A stretch of 64,000 nt of DNA, taken from NCBI GenBank assembly GCA_048013815.1, contig CM106586.1, positions 22,568,001 to 22,632,000 of the forward strand. Reading direction: 5' to 3'. This document shows positions 12,243-26,645 of the stretch, piece after piece. Origin of the DNA: Setoptus koraiensis. Its lineage: Eukaryota; Animalia; Arthropoda. How positions within the stretch are numbered: the stretch's first letter is position 1; each line of letters begins with the position of its first letter. The translations under genes and the position numbers were made by a program. The notes below the pieces were generated by a model, which was not told where the DNA came from, did no database searches, and worked only from the letters and a program-made list of their open reading frames with translations.

Positions 12243-14410
12243 TTCGAGGCCCACGGATGGTAGTTAGCGGGTTTGGGGGCAAGGTTAATATACTATTGTT
12301 AGTAAGTTAATTTCGTGTAATGAGTTGTCGCTCAGCTCCCTCGAATAAAATGAGAACTTTTAAATCTGTTTCGATAGGGACACAAATGTTGTAGTCGGGC
12401 AACTTCGCCGGGCTGGTCACTTTAGACGACCGGTGAATTGATCTATGAAATTGGCCGATAAACAGAAAATCATGACGGTTATTTAGTGTACATTTGCCCT
12501 TGTTTGAGGGCTGGATAGTGTAGAAATAATGATTTATTTTTGTTAATTATGTGATAACAATACCAATGAGTCGCTGATATTAATGGCAAGCGTGAATCAT
12601 CAGACTCAACAAAAATGAATCACATCTGTTCGCATCGAGCATTGTGAACACACACAAATTGTCATTTGCACATTATGTTCTTCGTGTAGCCTAGAGCGAG
12701 CGAGCATTCCAGCGAGAGTGAACACGCACGCACCCAGCTGAAAGGTGTACAATTTGAACAAACAAACCGACATGAGCACGTTTCGCGCAATATTGTTCGA
12801 GAGAAAGTTGCGCATGGTTTTGTTATCGTGCGCAAAATGACCAAAATATACGACGACGAATCATGCAAAAGAATGTGATGTAATCCCACTGTGATGAATC
12901 AGCAATCAATGATAGAACGTAGACAAATGTTAGGAATCAGCTCGGATGGGCTCCATTCTTTCATTCCAAGATTGTACAACTAGATGGCAAAATTGAATTA
13001 ATTGCACAAAATGCACTGCGAAATAACACGTCCAGGTTGATATTTGCTATTTCCTGTTCGACTATCGATAATATGAGTGCCTAAAGGCAGTCCTATATTG
13101 GGTAGCTCATTATGGTGAACGGCTGTCTAGAGGTTTTTTTCTGGGGACTTTAAGGAGCGTATCAGCAGTGGAATCATCAGAACTTGATGGCAACCTTCAA
13201 CTTTTTTCACTTTTCAAAAAAGTGTCTTTACACTTTAGTGCCAACTCCGGCGGGAGCAAGCAGCATTATTAAAAACGGTTCTCTCGGATTATCCCAATAG
13301 AATATTCGATCAATAGATTGAAGGCGACTAGCTCGCACTACTTATGTGTATGCCATGCAGAACGATTATTATTACAAAGATAAAGTTCTTTGAAAACTCT
13401 TTATCCCGTGAAGCAAGAGCATTAATAATTCATAGTGTTGCCATGCAAATAAATCGTCTCATAGTCATCGATTGTCAAACTCGAGATCGCATCCCGCTCA
13501 ACCGCTAGCGTGGTCTAGACGATCTAACGTAGTCACTTTTGTACATTATGTGTGTATGTCGTTGTTTACTCTAACTAACTAACGCTTCTTTTCAAGTTGG
13601 GAGCCTCAATAGATAGGCAACAATGCATGCTATGTTTTGCAACAGTATTGCTGGCAGAAGAAAGACCTTGCTCCAAAGCCCATTTATTTATTCATTTTTT
13701 CCTCGAACTATTTCTATGTCAAGTTCTTGAGTAACAAATGAAAGATTGAGATCATTGTGGCATCAATGTCTGTCGACTCATGTGTGTGCCACAAAGAAGA
13801 CAGCGCAACTCAGAATTAATGAACTAGTTTGTTTCATTAGTAAATTAGTCACAGTGTGATGACATGATATACACACAAGAAAGATAGCTTCTAGGCATTA
13901 GGTTGGAAATTGTTGCACCTTATGCATGAGAGATATACCAAAAGACTTCTAATTATCACTATAATCAACAACAACGACGCGATAAATCGCTCTGTCTATA
14001 TACTTAATCTCAATCTTCCTCTAGCCAGATAGTTGGGCATGGTAAATAACATCTATCGCAATGTCGATGATTGTTAAATGTTCAGGCGCCTATGAGCACT
14101 CGACTACTGATCAACTATCAACAATAAAAATCATTATCTGTTTGATCATAGCCCACCGCCATTAAACTAAACATTGGATCATCAGCAGGATTAGCTGCAA
14201 TAGTTGCAAAATATTTTCACAAATCAATGAGTTCTGTCACAGCCCAAAACGTTAAACAAATATATCCGATTTGCACCAGACGATTATGTCGAGAAGTCAG
14301 CTCAATTTAAATATTAAAACCACACCACAGCGAAGAAGTTATAGAACTTACACAAATCACATCGAGATACTCTCACTTATTTGTTAATCTAATAGTACAC
14401 AATTAACACT

Positions 14411-15483
14411 ATGGATTCTCAATCCATCATCACCCAAATTACTCGGGACAATTTACACCCTACAATAACAAATCATAGTCACCAGAACAATCGAAAGAAA
14501 CAACGCGATAATCGCTTCCTGAGTCAATTTCTGTGTTGTTTTCAACTGCCACAGCCATTCAACTTCTATCAAAATACGTCATTAATAAGGCAGAATGGTT
14601 ATCTATGCAAAGAGAAGCACCAACAAAAATATTTACTGTCTGCCAGTGGAAAAAGAAATGACAAAATGTGCCTGGTTATTGATCTAGATGAAACATTAGT
14701 ACATAGCTCCTTCAAGCCAATAAATAATGCTGATTTCATAGTACCTGTTGAAATAGATGGTTCCGTTCACAAAGTTTATGTACTTAAAAGGCCCTATGTC
14801 GATGAATTCCTCGAACGTATGGGTAAAATTTATGAATGTATTTTATTTACAGCAAGCTTGTCGAAGTATGCTGATCCAGTGACAGATCTCCTAGATAAAA
14901 AGAACATTTTCAAAGCGAGACTATTTCGTGATTCTTGCTCGTATTATAGAGGCAATTATGTCAAGGTGAGTTGTTTTATTTTCAAGTTTGTCGAATATTT
15001 CGAGACCATCGATATCTTATATAAATAATTTGGTCTCCTTATAATGATTTTGATTGTAATTACAAGTCAATTGAATGTGTATGACAATTCTTTTATGTAT
15101 TATTCTGTCAGGATCTAAGTCGACTTGGACGTGACCTACATCGCGTCCTGATAATTGACAACTCGCCAGCATCCTATATATTTCATCCCGACAATGCTGT
15201 GAGTAGCACAAATATTCCAAATCGAAATTTACACATGATTCATATGAGCATCAATTATAACTTTTAAAATTACCCAATTCATCAATAGGTACCGATAACC
15301 TCATGGTTTGATGACATGTCAGATACTGAATTAAGAGATATGATACCTTTCTTTGAAAGGTTGGGAAAATTAGACTCTATACATTCAGGTTTCGGAGGAA
15401 CCAAGGAGAATAGGCCAGTTTTACAGGAAAGGAAACAATCTAAACAATTGCAACCAATTCTTTACGCACATTTGCCCCATTAG
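14411..15483 (+). CDS. CTDSP: CTD small phosphatase (SCP/CTDSP family), three exons (14411-14965, 15112-15198, 15289-15483), ~278 aa
   Basis: [11 protein letters not shown] catalytic motif. YRGNYVK|[29 protein letters not shown]|[17 protein letters not shown] joined by canonical GT-AG introns, all phase 0. Stop TAG at 15481-15483. Confidence 0.95.
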
Positions 15484-16095
15484 TTCGAGTGCCCGTTTCT
15501 TGTGCAAGAATGCATTTGTGCCTCGATATGGTGCCCACCAGCACCCGAGGTGAATTCTCTGGTAGATGATTGATACCCGCAAGATAAATTTTCTGAAATC
15601 CTTGAATTTCTTATCGATGCATGTTGCAAAGTTATCTTCTACGACTTTCATAAGGGTGTCGACATTCAATTTAAGGCAAAAAGGCGGGCAAACAACTGGG
15701 CTAGGTTTCGACCCATTTTGCTCAACTTCTCGAGCTGAGTTAACCTAGACCTAGAAGGTTGGTTTCCCTCTGAGACAAACGAGTTCAAATGTGGAGTCAT
15801 TGTACCTCGTATAAGAATAACACCAATGCTTCCACCAATAAATTTCGAAAAAATTCAATTTGAGAGAACCTCAGAAGTCATGATAAGTCGTATTATTGTT
15901 ACAATTATTATTGCAAATATTTCTAAATGAACAAATAAAAATCCTAGCTGTAATGTGGAAATTGAAAAATATCTTTTCCCAACCATAGCATAATACTTTA
16001 GTTTTAGTGTCTACGAAGATAATTCGTCACAACTTTGTGGTTTGTTTTATTGCTTGTTTATAAGCGTTTGAGATGATTTTATCACATTCAAGATT

Positions 16096-17945
16096 TCAAC
16101 TGATCGCACCTTCCAAGAGGTCTTTTTCGCTCTGAGTCAATGAAGTACATCGCTTATTGGTGTATCCAGATAGTTTTAAACAATTAGCTGATTGATCGTC
16201 ATTAGTTTCTAGATGTGATTCCACTAATTTGGATGTGACCCACGCGCGATCGTCAAGACTGTCGGACGCACTGAGAGCATCAGATTTCACGCTACCTGAT
16301 CTTGTATTACTGTTATATCTCGTTGAGGAAGCGGCGCTACTACTATCGGTTCCGGTATTTTGAGAGCCTATGTCATCTGTAAGATCATTAGAAGTATAAT
16401 TTATTTTATTCCTGATGTTTGCATTCAAGCGAATATTTTTCTTATTCACTGATCGCTGCTGATTATCATCTGACGATGAGATCCGAGAGCCGTTGCTCAG
16501 ACTGCCACTTGTTTCACTGCTACTTGTCTCGGTACTACTACAATTCCGTTGTCGGTTGGATGATGACGATGACGACGACGAAGATATTGAAGCTGCTAAA
16601 ATCCTCGTTGATTGTCCATTCTGGATAAGACAGCCAATGTTTCTTGAGCCTTGATTGATAGGCTGACTCTTGATTGGAGTTGCATTGACAGCTTCTGACG
16701 CAAAGAATCTGTCTGTAGAGGTACCTGGATGTTTCTGCTGAGGCAAGTATCTGGTAGGTGTCGAAACATGATTATTGGCGCTGGCCAATGATTTTGTCAG
16801 ACGAGTTGAGACCAAAAATGTTTTGTTGCGCGCATCATTACTGTCATTGACATTATGAGAAGCACCTGAGTGTATATTTTGATTTCGCATCATTGTGTTG
16901 TCAATCAAATCTGTCCTGAGGCCATTGGGTGTCACCAGTAATGAAGCAGCGAGATTTGGATCCAATTTGACACCTGGTGCACCAACGAGATTTATCGATG
17001 GTGATATACTGACGTGATCAGAGGCTTGCGTGCTTCGTGTTACAAGAGGCGATTGTTGATAATTTGAATTCCTTCTACCAACCAGAGGCGAAATAATACC
17101 AGGCGACAGAGAGCGCGAAGTGGAAGGCTTGTAAATTTGGTGATCGAGACTACTCATAATAGGTGCGTTATTTGATGGTATCTGATAATCATTGTGGTGC
17201 TGATAATGAGATTTAGGTGAGTTTGGAGTTACTATGGCAGATGGCTTAATCATGTTGGCAGTTATATTGCTTTGACTGTTCCGGTGCAGATTAGCCTCGT
17301 GAATAGACGCCGATGATTGTCTGGAACCTGGAAGGTTAACCGAACCAGGCAAATAGTGACTTGTTCTTCTATAAGGATCACTATCCATGTTGTGCATATG
17401 AATTGAATTAAAATTATTATTGCTGATATTGTTATTATTGTTGTTGTTACTAGTGGCTGCCATAAACAAATGACTTGGCATAGAATCACTAACTTTTGAT
17501 GATATGTACAAGGAGGCTTGATTGTCGTAGAGAAAATTGTCTGGCGGCTTCATGAGACCTGGATGGTTGTCGTAGATATTGTTCAATGTTGGCGATTGGT
17601 GAAATGGCGATACTACCGCACAATTTGTCGGATCAATCTGAGATGAGCGCCTAATATGATCCAGATGATTGCTACTTCCATGATCATAATGGCCATGATT
17701 ACTAATCTTGATGTTATTGCTAGAGTTTGCCTGCTTGATTGGCGATTTGATCGGTGATGTTGGTGAGGCAACATTCTCTGCTACCTCTCGTGTTGTTCCC
17801 AACGATGGCATCATCATAACCAAATTACCTGTTCCGTCTCTAACCTGATGCAGACTGTTGCGATGGTTACCAAAGAATGGCCGATCCATCAAAGGCCCAG
17901 GCTGCGACACTAATGAAGGCTGGCCATAGATACTACTTGGTCTCG
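16096..17945 (-). CDS. Large S/N/H-rich low-complexity coding exon, 5' part lost in the gap
   Basis: A 604-aa ORF whose track start at 17910 is a GTG. The frame stays open to the edge of the N-run at 17946. No domain recognised. Confidence 0.6.
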
Positions 17946-18445
17946 NNNNNNNNNNNNNNNNNNNNNNNNNNNNNNNNNNNNNNNNNNNNNNNNNNNNNNN
18001 NNNNNNNNNNNNNNNNNNNNNNNNNNNNNNNNNNNNNNNNNNNNNNNNNNNNNNNNNNNNNNNNNNNNNNNNNNNNNNNNNNNNNNNNNNNNNNNNNNNN
18101 NNNNNNNNNNNNNNNNNNNNNNNNNNNNNNNNNNNNNNNNNNNNNNNNNNNNNNNNNNNNNNNNNNNNNNNNNNNNNNNNNNNNNNNNNNNNNNNNNNNN
18201 NNNNNNNNNNNNNNNNNNNNNNNNNNNNNNNNNNNNNNNNNNNNNNNNNNNNNNNNNNNNNNNNNNNNNNNNNNNNNNNNNNNNNNNNNNNNNNNNNNNN
18301 NNNNNNNNNNNNNNNNNNNNNNNNNNNNNNNNNNNNNNNNNNNNNNNNNNNNNNNNNNNNNNNNNNNNNNNNNNNNNNNNNNNNNNNNNNNNNNNNNNNN
18401 NNNNNNNNNNNNNNNNNNNNNNNNNNNNNNNNNNNNNNNNNNNNN
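17946..18445. other. Scaffold gap, 500 N
   Basis: Run of exactly 500 N; the true size is unknown. Confidence 0.99.
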
Positions 18446-20462
18446 AACAGGACAACAATTATAGTAGACTAGATAATATCTATCATTGGTGATCGCTCAT
18501 GAGGTTGATTCGCTAGTTGTCGTTATTTGGTGTTAATAATCGTCTTTCAATTGTAGAATGAGCTCTATCTGTCTTTCTGGTATCTCCATGAACACACGGG
18601 TATTCATATGTATGAAGAGAATGCGAGGTGTGCCAAAGAGAAGTAGCAACGCAAGATAGTCAAGTTATGGCAATGTGTCAGTGACGGTGATGATAGCCAT
18701 ACTCAAAAGGAACCATTAGCTTTAGGCTAGGTACCGTTAATAATGAACGAAATTAATCGTATCGTCAAACTAGACTGAAGTGTACTGCGAGCACACTATA
18801 GACCATATTAGACTAACAGCATGCAGCTGGCTTATGAGTAGGCACGTCAATATGATTTGACCGAGTAGTCGCTAATGAGACGAGTTCGATTGGTCAATAT
18901 TGGCATGGAGACCAACATGATGAGCGAGTGCTCATCATGTTGGGAGCTCTCTCTCTCTCTCTCTCTCCTCTAGTCAGCTCTGGCGGGTCCGAATCGAGGT
19001 CCAGAATTGATGATATGGTCATAAATGTATGGCGTGATGCAATCAATTTATAAATCATCCAGGGGATAGCGATGATGATGAATGACCAAGGGCCAGTCAG
19101 AGGGTTCGGCAGGAAGCGCCCAACTAGAAGCTAGTTTTCGCTCCCCTATACGGAGGCCCACAGACGCCCTCAGAACGTGCGTCCAAATCGGACGTGAGAT
19201 AGTTTACTCCATCTAGAAGAGGTGGCTTATGTGATGGATACACGATACAGGGTTGTGAGAGCAAGCGTGAGGGTTCTCCGTCTTGCTGAAGTGCGCAAGG
19301 TGGCTTACAAGCACCTTGGATCATTATTGATTTATGCTCGACCGGATCTATTCGCCGGCTGGCTGACAGACCGGGCTAACGGATATTCGTAGTTATTGTT
19401 CAAGTCGACAAGTCGGCCCTGGTTATTGTCACGGCGTAACCAGGCTTGCACAATGTATTTTTGTTCGTGCATCTTTTGAAGATAATTCAAAGGAATTGGC
19501 ACTTTGCTCGGTTTTTATGGTGCACGCTTCTAAAAAAAAAAAAAAAAATACAAATAGATTGCTTCTAATAAAAAGATAGAAAATGCATTTGTGTATCATT
19601 CTCAAATTCCAAATCCTAAATACCATGACTCGTAACTAGCTGCCGCTCCTGCTTGAGGGCGTTAAACTCGCAATTTAGTTAGACTGTGTAATGTTCTTTT
19701 CACTCTCGAATCAAATGATGGAATGCACTAAGGATACATTCTTACAAATTTTTGTTGTTGTCTTGTAGGCATATACACAAGTGTACACATGATGATATAC
19801 AAGAAAGGAGAGCAACTTTCTTTAACATCAGTGCGAATAGAGTGAAATATGTAATTGTGTCGCTGATCTAAAATTTAGAGCTTAGGCGAGGGTAAGAGAG
19901 GGAGACAGAGAGACGGGGCACAGTAAAAGAACCCCTGTTCAATGATGCAGGCAAATGGCCTGGCCAGTAAGCAGTCAGATCCCCAGGAACGTTTTAGGCC
20001 TTGGATATTTGGAAAGCCTCAGTGATGTTTGCATAATAAATTATGCAATGGTGCCTTGGAGTCTCATTGCCTAGCAAACGCGCTTAGGAACTGGGTGTTT
20101 TTCAATGTTTTCTGTTCGCCTCGCATCAGCATATCTAGAGTGCACATAAATAGATGAACTAAATGTGTGTGTGTCGGTTACCGCATCCCGTAACCAGTGC
20201 TCGAAGTTACGTAATATTAGAGCAAAAACAAAATGAAACACATGCACAAAATAGTGGCGCCAGCAAAACAGGGATATGTGTGTGAGTGTTCACAGAGAGA
20301 TATGTTAGCTTTAATAGATGAATGTTTGTGAGCCGGGCAAAGATAACGAAAAAAAGATAATGCACGCTAGCTAGCCATGCAGTGGATGGTATATATCAGA
20401 GGCAGTTTAGTGTGCAATAATAGAGACAGTGGACTACTAAATTAAGTGATCGTTGATCAATA

Positions 20463-20463
<1 letters not shown>

Positions 20464-20508
<45 letters not shown>
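20464..20508. repeat. (CA)n microsatellite, ~22 units
   Basis: Direct reading. Confidence 0.95.
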
Positions 20509-20510
<2 letters not shown>

Positions 20511-23500
20511 GAGTTGGCGGGGCCACAAGGGCGGGGACCGGGCACGACCTCTCACGAGTGTCTACTGACTGTCATTCATACGCCGCTAGCGCCGTTTCCC
20601 CTCTATCATGCCAGGTCATATAAGCGAGAGAGAGAGAAAGAGATAGAGAGCCCGAATATTTCACTGCCTTAGTGTAGCGCCGGCCTGCTATGTGGCCCTG
20701 AGGAATCGCACGCACTTTGTGAAACTTCCATGGTGATATAATGGATAAGTTTATTGCACTGCACGTGCAGCTCGTCACGCTTTGCTTAGGCTATATTTGT
20801 TTGTATATGTGATGATGAAGATACCCTCTGGCTTGAATGATCAACTGTGAGTCCAGACGATTTCAACGTGTGACAACTATTTGAAAACACATTTTCAACG
20901 CAGAATACATTTGTCGTTCTGCCAGCTGGTAGGAGCTGAATAGGTAGGTTCTTGTAATTTTATTCATCATGTTGCGACCCATTGATGATCGACCCACGAC
21001 CTGATACGCGAGTAATATGGTCTTTTACTGTGGTGAGTTTCGCAATATTTCTAGCAACTATGTAGACTCGCAAAGCCTCAAGTAATAAGAAGGGAGAGGT
21101 TGGCTGCTTCTATAACCAAGACGAAGTGTGCGCACCTGAGCACTGAATATTTCTCAGGGCTAAAAGGCTACTATGTCGCAAAATATGCGAGAACATCGTG
21201 TCTAGTGAAACTACCTAATTGTCGCTGTAGAGTAAGGCTGACAATAGCTGAAGGCTATAGACATGATGTAGACCATCGGATGGGAACAACATTTAGTGCG
21301 CAACTACGCGAAGCTCAGTTCTCTGATTAGTGCTGTATAGGGTCAGCCTATACATTCAGAGATAAAGCTTGACCTCAAGATGCCCCACACAAGAACTATA
21401 CACGACGAAGTAGCCTTCGCAAGGATGATTCTGAGGATCCGATAGGCAAGGCTAGACACCAGGGCCAAGCAAGTCAGCCTATTGATTGTTAATGCAGAGA
21501 AGTCAATACTGAAACCTCTGCGTGTTTTAGTGTGCTGTTTGTCATTATATTACGTGCCATCTAATCTAGAAAGCAAAGAATTTCTATAATATTGTTTCCC
21601 GACGTAATCATCAGCATGAACTCCAACGAATGTGTGAATGTTCACCATTGCATAACGGCACTTTCCCTAGATACCAGCCAAAAAAGCCATCGAAGTAAGA
21701 GAATATTAATGGCTCATTATGCTGGCAAACAGTTCACCTAATGATTAGCGAGATAAGTGTGCGTTCAACATTGCCGAGTGTTACCAGCATATTGTTACGT
21801 CCATTAAAAAGACAGACGAGTGGTGGTGCGAGGCATTGATTGATCCGAACCAGCTTCCAGTTTCAGGTTAGCAGATATATTGTAATTACTGTTTCATATC
21901 CTATTAATTTCCTGTTCGATGTTTATATTTGGGAATCATATACGCCAACCATTAGATAAATCAATACCAGCAGAACGATTGACAATCAAAACAGTCTAAC
22001 ATATGGGCCTGAGGGTTCATTCACTCTCATTTATAAACTACTCTGAGTAATCTACTCGTTGCTGGATGTTTGTGTTTTGGACAAGACAGAATATCTGTAC
22101 ATGATTGAATTCAAAGACTACTATAAATTAGCAATGATTCCATAAAACAAACGTTATAAGAGTCAGTATCGGAGCTCTTGAGCGACAATCTCTGTTTTGG
22201 CGAAAAGGTTCAAATCATGTGGAAAATTCTATCGGATAGAACGTTATGCTAGTTGCTTGATAACACACTTGCTCGATTGTGCACTATGGTTAGACCAAAC
22301 GATTTCTGACAGTGAGCCAGAAAAGGGCATTGTACCGTAGCCAGTGCTTCAACTGGTTCTAAGTGATAATACATGTATTGTGTGTGCGTCCTAGCTGGAA
22401 ATGAGTGCGAGAAAAGGAAGTATTAGCTAGAGGCCAGAACGTGGACGATTTCGCCAATAAAAACCGACAAAAACCATTGTTCACACGCGCGTGCCCAGGT
22501 TTTCAAGGGACTTGTGACTTATTCTTATACGTTAGAAATAGGCAATAGGAAATTGGATGATTCGTCCATTTAATTAACACGGTCGAGTCTGGGTGACATT
22601 TACCATCAGAATCGTTCATGTAGTTGTAGCATGAATGCCACTATTATTACACAAAGCTCTCTCATAGGGCAATCCCAAGCTTGTCTGACAGTAAATATTA
22701 GAAAAGAAATGGATGAGTATATTATCTCGAATTATGATCCAACTAGTAGGATTATAAGAGTTCAAGAAACTTTTTGATCACTCCAGCTGCCAGATCGTTT
22801 TCCTAGTGCCATTACTATGCCAGTAAAGTAGAATAGTAGCTTTATCGTGAATCTGTAACGGGCGATAACGCGTCAACCTCTATGAGGCTCGGACACAGAA
22901 AACGTACCACATTGCGTAAATGGCTTGAACGTGCAGTGATCAGAATTTTGTTTGATTGCCGAATGCTGGCTGATTTCAGAACATGGAGTCTAGTTGCAAT
23001 GATTGCAAATACTCTAAGCTGTCTGATATTTCAGAATGTATGTGGAAGTTTGGAAAGAAGATATCGAAAAACGAAGCAAATGGAACCATCATATCACGAA
23101 CATTTCACGGTTAGTATCAACAGAGGTTTTGGCCAAGGGTCACTGTGGAGTGTATAGTTAAAATTGAAACTATTTTTGTGGGATCTGGCTTCGGAAATCC
23201 TTGTCTTGAGCTTATGGATTGGTACCTAATGGTATTCTAGATTCGTGAAGATAACTTAGGACCATTAAATTGTACTCATCTGACAATTTATCGATCGTTT
23301 CTTGCAACTTTTGCTGCTAGAACGAGTTTTTGGAGGCAATGTGTACAGGAGTTTTTACAGAAAAGAACATTTTTAGTATGCTAGAGCAAGTTGATGATCT
23401 CAACTATACCCTGAGATCTTGGAAAATATATATGTATTTCTTTTGTCTTCATATATCAAGACATCATGACGAGATAGTTTGCTCGATGCATGCCACGGAC

Positions 23501-23850
23501 ATTCAGAAGATCAATACAAATATACAACACTTCATGGTTACTGAAGCTTTCCATCATGACTATCATTAACACATATCCAATTGAGTCAGATTCTTTGCCA
23601 TAAGTCTCTGTTTTCACCACTTCACATACCTCACATGCGCTGCACGAGTCAAAACAATTGAATCGTTACAGGAGGCGTCCATGAGGATGCCCACAATCTT
23701 TCGATTGGCAAGACGAATAAGAGTTTTGAAGAGTAAAAAAAGATCAGGTTGAAAATCAACGGAGATAACACCTCATTGGCATTCGAATTTTAACTAAACA
23801 ACGAAAAGTCCATCTTATAAATAAATAATTAATTGTTTCAAGCTACTCAC

Positions 23851-25314
23851 CTTGTATAAAAATCCTCCCATCTCGGAATGACCAACTTTGGTGGATTTCT
23901 TGAAACAGGCAAGATAATCGTTTGTCAATATGAAGTAACGCTCTTTCCATCGATTAAATATTCGCTCGTGGAATTTGTTGTGGTTTTGTTGTTGCCATAA
24001 TATGCCTTTTTTCAATGTGCAAGATATTCTTGAGAAGTCGGATATCTCCTCTGCGGATTGATGAATAGCATTGACTAAAGAATCTTTAGGGAGGCCGACA
24101 ATCGAATTGTTCTCAATATCTGCAGTGTTTACATGATGTCTAGATGGGCTCAGATGACTCATAGTTTCTTCCTGTTGAATTCTCTTAGTTTCATTAGATT
24201 TGCAGGTTCTACCTTCATTTTCAATTATCGCGTTTCTTTCTATGATGTCTGGGGTCTTATTTTCATTGTGACAGATTGCGTTTAAGTGTGAGGAATCAGA
24301 CACTTCTATGGTGTTGCAGTAAATTTGATCATCCGACGTTGGTTTGAGATCCGCTGGAACGATTCTAAGATCGTAAATGTCGTCAGCAGACGATTTGTCA
24401 TTGGCACTAGATTGTTTGGATATGGATTCAAGCACAGCTAAAACTGAATTAGGTTTTTTCGTTGACTTATCAGTCTTGCTAGATTGTTGTTTCTTCTCCG
24501 ATCTGCTCCGTCTTATATCAGGTCTCGTATTTTTATCTTTGTCGTTCATTTTTTTTGAACCATGGTTGTCGTTAGTAGTATCTATTTGACTGTTGTTGTT
24601 AGCACCTTCTATTCGCGTGCCGACATTTTGCTCATTATCCTGTACTTCTGATATGTGAGATTTGTTACCAAGACGCGTCAAGACTTCGTCTTGTTTACTT
24701 TTTCCAGTCGACGATTGCCTACAAGAAGATCGTGCTTGAGGGTGCGGACGATTGGTGTGCTTATTATTAACACTTGTCGTCGTTTGTTGTGAATCAGATC
24801 TAAGATGTCGTTGAATGATGTCATCATTATCATATATTGCATCGATGCTATCATCTAATACACCATTATTGCTGTTGGCGTTAATGAAAGTATTGTTTTT
24901 ATCATCATCTTGAACTTTGATATCTTCTTTATCATCTACATTGAATTGACCATCTGAGCTTCTCTTTATATTATCATAATTCAAATAAAGTGGCTCATCG
25001 TGACCCATATCATCATTCAGAGTGACCTCTTTATGCGTTGGATGGTCACTGTTGTCTTTGCTTAGTTTTTTACTTTCTTGCTTTGACGTTGACTTCTTAC
25101 GGTTCTTCTTCTTTTTTTCATCTTTGAGCGATATTTCGGCTGCTTTTTTGGATGCCTCGGATTGGGCTAGCTTAGAATTGTCGTTTTCCAGCACTATGTC
25201 ACAAACAGTTTCTTTTTTGCTAGACAGTTTTAGAGGTAGAGCTGCCTTGGCATCAGATTTTTTAGCTTTGGAAGAGATTTGGCTTGCGCCTTTCTTTCCA
25301 TTGTCACAACCCAT
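23851..25314 (-). CDS. First coding exon of a PH-domain protein with a K/S/D/N-rich N-terminus
   Basis: The ORF ends in the first strands of a PH fold (TLKKGILWQQ...FNRWKERYFILTNDYLACFKK...EMGGFLYK), followed immediately by a consensus donor AAG|GTGAGT at 23851/23850. Confidence 0.7.
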
Positions 25315-26606
25315 GACTGGGGTGTGCGGTTATCCGGGGCTTTATGCTACAAAGATGGGCGCTCTGTAGAGTACAATAATCTGATGGACGGTTTACTGGT
25401 CATCTATCATAAGCATACGTAAACTGTACTGATTATGATGTATCTCCATGTAATCTGTTTGGCTTAAATCTTTGCCACCTTAAAGGATTATCTTCGTTAT
25501 AACAACTATTGCGTAGATTTGAGTTCAGTTGTCATCCAATTTTTCAAGCACTGGACAGTAGTATTCTTAAGTGTACATTCGTACGGCTGAAAATTTGCAG
25601 GAAAAATATCACCAAGATGTTGCTTGTGAGAGATTGTTCCGTAGATCAATGAATTTTCACTTGATAGATGAGATGACAAGTTACAAGCTATACGATATAA
25701 AGAGACTATTTTTCAGATGCTAGATTGAGTGTTGTGAATTGTTTGCAAAGTTCTCCACACATATAAAACTAATATATTGGTGAGCTGTTGTAAGACATCA
25801 CAATTTTGACTTGATTTTGTTTCGTTCTTTTGGAGAATAAATATGGTGTTCTTTTTATGACTACTAAAGGATGTTTGTCTTTGGTGCTAATCTATAGACA
25901 TAGAAGAATGCAGCACACACACACAAAAGTAATGGCAATTAAAATCACAAGCATATGAAGTTGATTAAACGCTTTTGCGCCTTGTTGCTGATTAGTAGGC
26001 TCGTTGCTGGTTATTGGATTGGTTGTTGCAGTTGACCAATGCATCTGTACATTATGAGGATGTCTAGTGGTGTTTGTTTTTAATTTGACTTGATGCTTAT
26101 GGGCGAATCTAGAACATCAATATGGTCTGGTTGTTTGGTTAGACTAAATATAGCACTTGTTCTTTGAGTATTCATGGTAATGATGAGTTTGTTTACGCTC
26201 TAGAAGCAACTGATTTGTGAGTTGTCGTCGTTATTTGCTCATCATCATCAGTATACGTTGTAACGAAAATGGTATTTTTCGGATGATTAGTGTTGAAAAA
26301 TAAAAGTGTCTCGCATCATATGTTGAGTCGATGTTCCTGTTGTTGCGAATGGCTGTTAGAATATACAATTACTACGCTGGCAGTTGCAAGACCGGTCTCT
26401 CTGGCTATTGGCTTTCTCTCAGTCTATGTTTTCATTTGTGTTTTGTGTGTTCCTGGCTCTCAACTGACGCGCGTGTGTCTAGCTAACACAAGCTGGATGT
26501 AAATAATTATTACTAATATTACTCCTCTGTAATGATGGCTAATTTTCGCTTTTGTTCGCTCATAAATGAACTTGTGGCCGCTGCAATTGTGCTCGTTGTT
26601 TCTCTT

Positions 26607-26611
<5 letters not shown>

Positions 26612-26640
<29 letters not shown>
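26612..26640. repeat. (TC)n microsatellite
   Basis: Direct reading. Confidence 0.9.

Positions 26641-26645
<5 letters not shown>

Noticed and set aside
13747-13768. TGAGATCATTGTG matches the first 13 nt of arthropod bantam miRNA
   Set aside because: The 3' half diverges (GCATCAATG) and there is no complementary 5' arm upstream. The only local stem (TTGTGGCA/TGCCACAA) is 8 bp. A 13-nt match to some known miRNA in 128 kb of both strands is plausible by chance.
17877-18464. ORFs of 195 and 182 aa made of X
   Set aside because: Artefacts of translating the N gap.
23040-23157. FTVSINRGFGQGS resembles the non-LTR reverse transcriptase G..QGS motif
   Set aside because: No flanking RT motifs (D..KAFD, YADD) in any frame I translated; the similarity is too short.
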